31,235 nucleotides of DNA from Thermoplasmatota archaeon. Its GTDB lineage: Archaea; Thermoplasmatota; E2; DHVEG-1. Every line of letters starts with the position of its first letter. The stretch's first letter is position 1. A program made the translations under genes and the position numbers. The stretch spans positions 1 to 31,235 of the forward strand of contig JAIWHQ010000001.1 in assembly GCA_048629575.1 (NCBI GenBank), read 5' to 3'. Under the pieces are notes generated by a model that saw only the letters and a program-made list of their open reading frames with translations, searched no databases and was not told where the DNA came from. Positions 8,318 to 15,507 of this stretch are shown here, piece after piece.

Positions 8318-10183
8318 TTATGAATATCCTCCAATTTGAAGACTTGGATCGCCTAGAAGGGCAAATTCCTGTACGGTCTTACAATCCAATCTTTCATCCA
8401 TAGGCGGATGTTCAGTTATATAATCAATTAGCGTTTGAGAATGAGCCTGCCCTAGTATTGTAATATTATTTACTCCATAGTTTTTAAAGAAATGTGTATT
8501 GGCAAACCCGGAATAGAATTGAGTGCAGTCAGGTATTTCATCTCCATTGGAATCACCGGTTGCAAACCAATCCAGTCCTGTATATGCCATTATTGCAATT
8601 GCTCCACCATTAATTTTTCGAGCCATTCGCCAAGCCCAACATTCAGGAACCCATTCCTTGTAATAAAAGGTCAATGAGAAGAAATCCATTCCTTCCTCCA
8701 TTATCCCTTTTAAAATATTTAGTAGAGTAACATTGAACTGACCATTATGACAACCACCAATAACAGTAACAGGTAGATGATCACCATTTCTTAATTTTGG
8801 CATATCAGTGACACTAAGACCAGTAATCCATGTATCTTCATCATTTGGTGGGTGATTTGACCAAGTTGATGGATTACCATGACCATCAAAGAATAAAAAA
8901 CCACATCCGCCACTTATTGCCGAAACAACATCACCTACACCCGTGAAACTACCATCGGAGGTCCATAGTTTTATTCCTTCAAAATCAGACATATAGTCTA
9001 AAGCATATTGATTTTCTTCTTCACCTTCATAGTATTGATCACCAGGTGCAGAATCCCCGCCAACAACAACCATTCTATCAAACCATTCCTCCCCATATGC
9101 TGTTGTTTCATAAGTAATAATCTTATCAACCATAATTTTAACTTCCATTGTATTTCTACAGGGTAATCTACCCAAGTAAACATCAGGAACTAGATCGATA
9201 ATATCTTTATTTGCTCCAACCCATTCTGCAAATACGCCATTACCATTGGAATCCCAATCCGAGAAATTTCCATCCCCATCATAGATATCTGCATAGTACA
9301 AATCACTAATAAAAGAGCCCTCATGGCCATCATCAACATGAGAATATCTTACGGGAACATGCCATTTAAAACGCTGACCGACCATACCGCCGACTAGTAA
9401 AACATAATCGATACCCATTGTTTCTTTGGCATCTTTAATGAAATATTTAATCTGTTCTTGATTATCAACACCTTCGTATTCATCATAGATTTCTTCAACA
9501 GGTTTCAAAAGTGTTTGAATGCCGACATCATTCTTATGATCAACAAGAGGTTGAAGTTGTGATGTAAATTTTTCAGGGGCAATAATTACCAGGTTATACT
9601 CATCAGAAACAAATAAAGGCTTCTTTGGGGATTCATACAAAATATTAATATCTACCGTATCAGAGTAAAGGAGGGTCATTTCAGAAGGATTATATCGAAC
9701 AGGAAAACATCGAACAGATAATAAAAAACTGTTTTCATTATTAATAATACCTGCTTTAATTGTATAGCTAAATTGAGATTCAGGATATATTTCAATTTCA
9801 TCTTTCATTTCTCCTGTTTTTGCAGATATCTGTTTTCCGCCAACAAAAGAAATAGGCTCAGGTGTAGAAGCAATTTTCTTTTCTAATATATATTCTTGAT
9901 GTTCTGAAAATGTCACATCAACATCTATTATTTGAGTTCCAAATGGAAAAATATATGTCCTAACATGAGCAGGAAGTAAAGGATAGTCGATCTTCCTTAA
10001 GTTTGAATTTGCATTTTCAATATTGACAATAATATTATCATTTTCTTCAACAATTTGCAGTTCAGAAAAAGTAATTGTTTCTTCTTTTCCTAATTTTTTC
10101 TGTTCAGTTTCAGGAAATGCAACAGCCCCAAGTCCACTTATTAGTAAGACTCCAATTACTACTATCGGTATTATTTTCTTCAT
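8318..10183 (-). CDS. C25 family (gingipain-like) cysteine peptidase, secreted
   Basis: Signal peptide, propeptide, YVLLVGG, SDLYYADI, YLGRLPCR, FDGHGN (His), GGCHNG (Cys), C-terminal LLGDPSL; GGGGAG SD. Confidence 0.92.
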   Translation of the reverse strand: MKKIIPIVVIGVLLISGLGAVAFPETEQKKLGKEETITFSELQIVEENDNIIVNIENANSNLRKIDYPLLPAHVRTYIFPFGTQIIDVDVTFSEHQEYILEKKIASTPEPISFVGGKQISAKTGEMKDEIEIYPESQFSYTIKAGIINNENSFLLSVRCFPVRYNPSEMTLLYSDTVDINILYESPKKPLFVSDEYNLVIIAPEKFTSQLQPLVDHKNDVGIQTLLKPVEEIYDEYEGVDNQEQIKYFIKDAKETMGIDYVLLVGGMVGQRFKWHVPVRYSHVDDGHEGSFISDLYYADIYDGDGNFSDWDSNGNGVFAEWVGANKDIIDLVPDVYLGRLPCRNTMEVKIMVDKIITYETTAYGEEWFDRMVVVGGDSAPGDQYYEGEEENQYALDYMSDFEGIKLWTSDGSFTGVGDVVSAISGGCGFLFFDGHGNPSTWSNHPPNDEDTWITGLSVTDMPKLRNGDHLPVTVIGGCHNGQFNVTLLNILKGIMEEGMDFFSLTFYYKEWVPECWAWRMARKINGGAIAIMAYTGLDWFATGDSNGDEIPDCTQFYSGFANTHFFKNYGVNNITILGQAHSQTLIDYITEHPPMDERLDCKTVQEFALLGDPSLQIGGYS

Positions 10184-10306
10184 ATTTTTTAACTCCCCAG
10201 TTGTGGAATGATTTAGTGTTAGTTATATTGTTTGCGAATATTTATTAAGTTAAGATGGAAGAGGCTGATGTATTGTGAGGATGCGTATTATTTTGGTAAG
10301 TATGTA

Positions 10307-11173
10307 TCATACGTAGTTGGTAGATTTTAGTTCACCATGTACATCGCCATTTGGCATTGTTGCATCGATTTTTATGATGTTTCCAACTTCTGGCGCATAA
10401 TAGTATCTAAACAAATCAAAGAATGTTGATTCTATCTCCCAAGCATCAAAGATTCCTGCATCAACAGATACGCTTTGTTTATTTTTACAATGAAATGCAA
10501 ATGGCATCCAGTAATATCCAGTTGTAAAGGTAATTGGTATCTGTATGAGACCAAAAATGCCTCCAATATCCATTTTCATTACAATATCCATATTGGGAAG
10601 ATCCCAGAATTTATTCGAAGAAAGTGGGAAATCAAAGAGTGGAAAATCAGTGCTTAAATCACCATCTATTGTTACTTTAAATGGGATGGGAAGTGCTATT
10701 GGAAGGGGATATATCTTTGCTAAGGTAATACCTTTTATTTCAGCTGTTATATCTTTTAATTGTAAATCAGATTTGGTGAAAACAAGTGTCCCATCCATGC
10801 GTGTCAATATATTTTTCATACTACCTATAATGTAGATACTGCCACTTGAAGAACTGAAGTATATCTCATAAACGCAGTTCAATTTTCCTGTGAAATCTAC
10901 TTTATATGTACTACCACTTGTATCGGCAACTGTCCAGGTGAAATCATCGATTTCTCCATCAAAATATATTTTTGTTCCTTCCTCCTCATAGTCAAAAGTA
11001 AAGTCATCAATTGTATATGTCCAACTATCTCCAACATTCCAAACAGGAACATCGTCATCAAGGAGAATATATCCTATGTTTTGTTTTTGTTTAATATTTG
11101 TGTTCCCAACAACAGTTATTGCACTGGTTATTAGCAGCATAAAAACTATTATTCCAAATATTTTGATCTTCAT
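10307..11173 (-). CDS. Exported beta-sheet-rich hypothetical protein (DUF3108-like features)
   Basis: Signal peptide MKIKIFGIIVFMLLITSAITVVG; VPVWNVGDSWTY, VSVDAGIFDAWEI, YYYAPEVGNIIK. ATG at 11173 preferred over 11191. Confidence 0.6.
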   Translation of the reverse strand: MKIKIFGIIVFMLLITSAITVVGNTNIKQKQNIGYILLDDDVPVWNVGDSWTYTIDDFTFDYEEEGTKIYFDGEIDDFTWTVADTSGSTYKVDFTGKLNCVYEIYFSSSSGSIYIIGSMKNILTRMDGTLVFTKSDLQLKDITAEIKGITLAKIYPLPIALPIPFKVTIDGDLSTDFPLFDFPLSSNKFWDLPNMDIVMKMDIGGIFGLIQIPITFTTGYYWMPFAFHCKNKQSVSVDAGIFDAWEIESTFFDLFRYYYAPEVGNIIKIDATMPNGDVHGELKSTNYV

Positions 11174-11262
11174 ACTATACCCCCGTAGCATACTATACTA
11201 ATTATAAAAATCTCTATTTAAATGTATCGTATATATAATATTGTAGGATATGTAGAAATTTC

Positions 11263-11874
11263 ATGTTTCCAGAAGATTTATATATCGATGGATGTAATAG
11301 TTATTGTAGAATGACAAAACTCAATAACCGGAAAAAAGAACTGGACAAACAAAGAACTGAATGGAGAAAAAAACATCGAACGCTTAATGGACGAATCATT
11401 CTCTATCCGGAAAAACCTCCGGAACATATAAATGCGCGAGGAAGCAAAGTGTATAATTGGTTCTGGAAGAGAATTCTTTTGGAGACTAATCCACAGGAGA
11501 TACCGGCAATTATTTCAGCTGTTAAAGGTCAAATAAAAAGAGAGTCTGACAAAAAAAAGATACAAGTATTTCGAACTATGATTGGAATGGCAGAAGACGC
11601 CTATCAGCTGAAGCGATTGGAGGATATTAAGGATTATGATTCAGAGCTGATGCTTGGAAAAAAACCGGTGTATAACTCGGAGCAAGGTGTGATTTACAAA
11701 GGCGGCGAGATCTATACTACTGATTATACTGAAGATGAAGATGAAATTATTGTTCGTGACATTGAAGGTATTATTGTTGATGCTCTTTCTTCAGAGGACA
11801 GACAGGGCAATGTGAAACTAAAAACGATGAGAAACAACACCTATAAAAACTGGAATTATATGGGGAAATTGTAG
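11263..11874 (+). CDS. Hypothetical protein (203 aa; basic N-half, acidic C-half)
   Basis: Long ORF filling the gap, upstream TATA-like TATATAATA, no competing ORF; no family recognised. Confidence 0.6.
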   Translation: MFPEDLYIDGCNSYCRMTKLNNRKKELDKQRTEWRKKHRTLNGRIILYPEKPPEHINARGSKVYNWFWKRILLETNPQEIPAIISAVKGQIKRESDKKKIQVFRTMIGMAEDAYQLKRLEDIKDYDSELMLGKKPVYNSEQGVIYKGGEIYTTDYTEDEDEIIVRDIEGIIVDALSSEDRQGNVKLKTMRNNTYKNWNYMGKL

Positions 11875-11944
11875 TTCGCCAATAGATAATATAGTGAGGG
11901 GAAGTTTTTAGGATTATTTTTTTGATGATATTTGTTTTGTTGTT

Positions 11945-12348
11945 TTAGTATGATTCTGGTGTGACGAAATTAAATGGTTGATTTTTGTCAGCGAGAATTT
12001 TTGTTGAATTTGGCATAATGTTTGCAAGATCTGTAACTGTTATAATGCCTACAAATTCGTTGTTTAAAATAACAGGGAGTTTTTTTATTTTATGTTTTCT
12101 CATGAGTTCTGCTGCCTGTTCTATTTTTGCTGATGCATGTATTGTTATAATATTTTTTGACATGATCTCTTCAATTTTTGTTTTTTTAGGATTTTTTTTA
12201 TTTACTATGACTCGTTCGATGATGTCTCTCTCAGTTATAATTCCAACAATAACTTCACTGTTTACAACGACAAGACTGCCTAGTCTGCATTCTTTGTATT
12301 TGTTACATGCATCTAAAACTGTTTTGCCATGACGTCTTTTACAAACAT
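11945..12348 (-). pseudogene. CBS-pair domain protein with a frameshifting deletion near the 5' end
   Basis: AGGTGA SD + ATG at 12348 gives MFVKDVMAKQF-stop (TAG 12313-12315). A different frame with no start codon carries KTVLDACNKYKECRLGSLVVV...VGIITERDII, continuing into the ORF-track 11945-12163 (second CBS: IKKLPV...VGIITVTDL). Confidence 0.8.
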
Positions 12349-12488
12349 TCTGTCACCTAGATTTATATGAAATGGCATATCGCCTAATTATATCTTCTGT
12401 TGCACTGAGCTTGTTTTTTTAACTTTTGAGATCAAGTCTTCTGGGGAGTAAAAATAGGTCTCTTGGAATACCGTTTAATGCATGGTTT

Positions 12489-12504
12489 TACGTCATATGA
12501 CGTA
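12489..12504. promoter_or_regulatory. Perfect 16-bp palindrome TACGTCATATGACGTA, candidate operator
   Basis: Exact self-complementary sequence in the divergent intergenic region, overlapping a TATAAAAT box at 12503-12510. Confidence 0.6.
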
Positions 12505-12561
12505 TAAAATAAGGAAAACTATAAATTGGAATACTAAATTCTTTCTTTTGAGGAGAGCTAG

Positions 12562-12666
12562 ATGGGAATATTGATAGATAAAGAATGGGAGACAACCCTA
12601 TTCTATTTAGCAACACTAACAACAGTTTTTATCTTGGGTTGTTTAGTGCGGTTGCTACTTGCATAA
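12562..12666 (+). CDS. Putative small membrane protein (34 aa) MGILIDKEWETTLFYLATLTTVFILGCLVRLLLA
   Basis: GAGGAG SD at 12550-12555, TATA-like boxes upstream, single hydrophobic helix; below the ORF-track length cutoff. Confidence 0.5.
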   Translation: MGILIDKEWETTLFYLATLTTVFILGCLVRLLLA

Positions 12667-12730
12667 GATATTTATTTCTAGAATAGTTGGAGGAGTTTTT
12701 TTTACTTTTATTGTTGTAGTATTTTGTTGT

Positions 12731-12810
12731 TGTAGTTATTGATGGGGAGGAAAGGGGAGGTGATGGAAATGAGTAAATGGAAAAATGATTCCTTCCCCAT
12801 ACCAACTACA
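12731..12810 (+). other. Imperfect 22-nt inverted repeat (RNA hairpin) enclosing a GGAGGTGA SD
   Basis: TGTAGTTATTGATGGGGAGGAA (12731-12752) pairs with TTCCTTCCCCATACCAACTACA (12789-12810): 7+7+4 Watson-Crick pairs. Confidence 0.5.
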
Positions 12811-12919
12811 TAATATTGAAAATATGGCATATAAATCTACTATATAAAATTTTTCATATAAATTTAAATTTTATGTATAAAAATTTGGAGCAGGCAACAG
12901 ACATCTAATTATATACTAA

Positions 12920-13381
12920 TTAAAACTGAAACTCTTTTGTAAAGATTTTATCCAAAATAAATTTTCTAACACAGCTGATATCTGAATCAAGATAAATAGC
13001 GGCAATTAACGCTTCAAGTGCATTGGCAAGATTCGTACGATTCGAAGAACCGTTCTGTTTAACTTCTCCTTTTCCAAGCAGAAGAAACTGACCAAGTTCC
13101 ATCTTCTCAGCAACCTTTGCTAAAAAATTATTATTCACTCCAGAAGATCTCCTGCGAGTAAGCTCCCCTTCTGAAAAATATTTATTACCTTTGTACAACT
13201 GATCAGAGACGATAAAATTGAGTATGCTGTCTCCAAAAAACTCCAAGCGCTCGTTAAATTCAAGAGGAAGGTCTGCTTCAAAAGCAAACGTCTTATGTGT
13301 AAGAGCAGTTTTCATCAAACTTTTATCTTTAAATGTGTATCCGATTTTCTTCTCAAGAAGTTCATAATCAATTTTTTTCAT
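12920..13381 (-). CDS. rnc: Ribonuclease III catalytic domain only (no dsRBD)
   Basis: ALTHKT, FNERLEFFGDSIL signature, EGELTRRRS, LANALEALIAAIYLD; stops at about 153 aa, before any dsRBD. Confidence 0.88.
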   Translation of the reverse strand: MKKIDYELLEKKIGYTFKDKSLMKTALTHKTFAFEADLPLEFNERLEFFGDSILNFIVSDQLYKGNKYFSEGELTRRRSSGVNNNFLAKVAEKMELGQFLLLGKGEVKQNGSSNRTNLANALEALIAAIYLDSDISCVRKFILDKIFTKEFQF

Positions 13382-13422
13382 AATACAAATCACATATCAG
13401 TATATCCTACATTACTGTATCG

Positions 13423-15135
13423 TTAAAAATTGATGTATTCAAATAATTTTCTACCAACATCTAAATCATCAAGTGCATGAATTAACTCGTCTTTACTCTT
13501 AAAAGGTCTTTTTGCTAGAATTCTTGCTGCTCTCTTTTTACCAATTCCTGGTATCGCCTCAATTGTTTCTCTTGGAGCATTGTTGATGTTGAGAGGAGAA
13601 GGAACTGCAGTTACGGATCTATAACCATAATCTACAATGTTTACATCAAAAAATCTATCTAATGGAAAAACACCAGGGATTCCGACAAGCAATGGATAAC
13701 TACCCAGTTGTCTACCAAACGTTAGTTTCCCATCATAGACTTCTGTAAAAACATCTTTTAAAATAGTCCCCGGGGGGATAAGTCTTTTGAGCATAGGACG
13801 TTCTATTTGCTCTCTTACCTTTCGTTTAAACCTTTTAAACTCAGCTTTATGCCGCTTAATATTCTTATTACCAAAGGAGTGCATCTTTGTATTAGGGATA
13901 GGGATAACTTGACGGAGATTGATTCTTCTTACAAGAAGATGATTGTCATATATTTGTTTTAAGAATTCGAAATCAAGTGTAAATGTGTCTTTAGTTTCAC
14001 CGATAAGACCGAAGACGAAATTAAGACCTGGGAGTAGTTCAGACAAGCCACTTTCGCCTCTCTTTGAGCCTACTTCATTTAAAAGCCGTATAGCACTCAT
14101 AATTTCGTCAGGTGATGCTTTGAGGTTATTCTTTTTAATTACGACGGGATCGACACTCTCCACGCCAAATGCAGCAACATCACCAGAGGTATGATATTTG
14201 ATAATGGTTTTTGCAATTCGCCTGCATTCCTTGGGATATCTCGCAATTATTCCAGGATTGGCATTATCGATGTGAAGAGTTTTTAGATCTGGAGCAAAGG
14301 TTCGAATTCCTGAAAATAGCTTTTCAATGGCATCTGGATTTGGTTGTGGAAATTCTAGTTCTCCAGCTCCTTTTGCCATATATGAAAAAATACATGGTTG
14401 ACTGCCGATGCGAAAATGTCTGATACCTGCATTGTATAACGCTTGAACTTCAGCTATAACATTCTTAATCGGCCTAAAACTGGGTATACCTTTACTTGGT
14501 TCGCTACAAAATGAACAACCACCAACAATACATCGAGCACAACCTCGGTATGTTTCAATTTCAGTTATGAGATGATCTGGAAAAAAAGGATGTTGTTGAA
14601 CAATGCTTGCGCCTCTAATAGCAAACTCTCGTATAGCACCAGGATCTGATCTACATAACGATGAATTAACTTCATCATAATTAAGACTGTTTTGTAATAA
14701 TTCAGAGATAACAATCTCGCCATCACCGTCTGCAATAAGGTCAAAAACATCTTCAACAACTCTAGTGTCTTGAATTTTTTTTCCGCCAGAAATTCCAAAT
14801 CCGTATCGGGCAGCTGGCCCAGTTAAAATCTTTACAGGCTCATGAACATCACTTAAAAAAGATACAAGTTCATTTGGACTAGCTGGAAAACCAGACAGAT
14901 ATCGCCCGGGAACAGACATGCCAGCAATGACGATAAGTAAATCAGATTCAGAAAGAGTTTTCAAAAGAATATTATCGTTTCGAATTTGATCAATGGTAAC
15001 ATAAAAAATCTTGGCAGTTTTATCATACCGCCATACTGCTCCTGCGATATATCGAGGATATGGACTGATATACGGGGGTACTCCAAGGCAGGTTGGTTCA
15101 TCGACATAGCCATCTAGGATCGAGACGTTTAGCAT
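13423..15135 (-). CDS. Radical SAM protein with C-terminal TRAM-like region and helix-hairpin-helix (COG1031-like)
   Basis: ILDGYVDEPTCLGVPPYISPY N-terminus, ETYRGCARCIVGGCSFC Fe-S motif, FGVES, GLNFVFGL, C-terminal LNINNA..ETIEAIPGIGKKRA HhH. Confidence 0.85.
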   Translation of the reverse strand: MLNVSILDGYVDEPTCLGVPPYISPYPRYIAGAVWRYDKTAKIFYVTIDQIRNDNILLKTLSESDLLIVIAGMSVPGRYLSGFPASPNELVSFLSDVHEPVKILTGPAARYGFGISGGKKIQDTRVVEDVFDLIADGDGEIVISELLQNSLNYDEVNSSLCRSDPGAIREFAIRGASIVQQHPFFPDHLITEIETYRGCARCIVGGCSFCSEPSKGIPSFRPIKNVIAEVQALYNAGIRHFRIGSQPCIFSYMAKGAGELEFPQPNPDAIEKLFSGIRTFAPDLKTLHIDNANPGIIARYPKECRRIAKTIIKYHTSGDVAAFGVESVDPVVIKKNNLKASPDEIMSAIRLLNEVGSKRGESGLSELLPGLNFVFGLIGETKDTFTLDFEFLKQIYDNHLLVRRINLRQVIPIPNTKMHSFGNKNIKRHKAEFKRFKRKVREQIERPMLKRLIPPGTILKDVFTEVYDGKLTFGRQLGSYPLLVGIPGVFPLDRFFDVNIVDYGYRSVTAVPSPLNINNAPRETIEAIPGIGKKRAARILAKRPFKSKDELIHALDDLDVGRKLFEYINF

Positions 15136-15224
15136 CAGAATTACTGCAAGCTGTTATGTTTTAAAAAAACTTTGTTGAATCGTATGCAATCGATCACATT
15201 ACTTAAACATCCAAAGCAGATACA

Positions 15225-15232
15225 TTTATAAA
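15225..15232 (+). promoter_or_regulatory. TATA box for the RAM/EamA operon
   Basis: TTTATAAA about 36 nt upstream of ATG 15268, in the divergent intergenic region. Confidence 0.45.
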
Positions 15233-15267
15233 AGAAACCCATATTCGACGTGAAATTGGATGATACC

Positions 15268-15507
15268 ATGATAAATGCATATATACTTATAATGATGAAG
15301 CCAGGGAACACAGACAAGGCTATTACAGCAATGAGAAAGATTGAAAATGTTGAAAAAATCTCGGTTGTCGCTGGCGAATATGATATTGTTGTAAGAGTGC
15401 ATGTAAAACGTCTCGAAAATCTTCTCAAAGTAACGGAGAAAATTCAGATGATAAATGGTGTGAAAAAAACAACCACTCAAGTAATTGAAAAAGAACTTGC
15501 ATTATGA
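15268..15507 (+). CDS. Stand-alone Lrp/AsnC ligand-binding (RAM) domain protein, no HTH
   Basis: MINAYILI...VVAGEYDIVVRV...INGVKKTTTQVI, the AsnC C-terminal domain pattern; 79 aa from ATG 15268. Confidence 0.88.
   Translation: MINAYILIMMKPGNTDKAITAMRKIENVEKISVVAGEYDIVVRVHVKRLENLLKVTEKIQMINGVKKTTTQVIEKELAL

Noticed and set aside
12313-12348. Programmed -1 frameshift restoring the CBS gene
   Set aside because: There is no X-XXY-YYZ slippery heptamer, and even the shifted product would lack the first CBS beta-strand; a deletion fits better.
12659-12742. 27-codon TTG-start hydrophobic ORF (LHKIFISRIVGGVFFTFIVVVFCCCSY)
   Set aside because: No SD, weak start codon, and the hydrophobicity is explained by T-rich sequence.
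12860-12871. Perfect palindrome AAATTTAAATTT
   Set aside because: Pure A/T low-complexity sequence, expected by chance in this region.
15141-15480. Minus-strand ORFs 15141-15428 and 15226-15480
   Set aside because: Antisense to the clearly recognisable RAM-domain gene and spanning the promoter.
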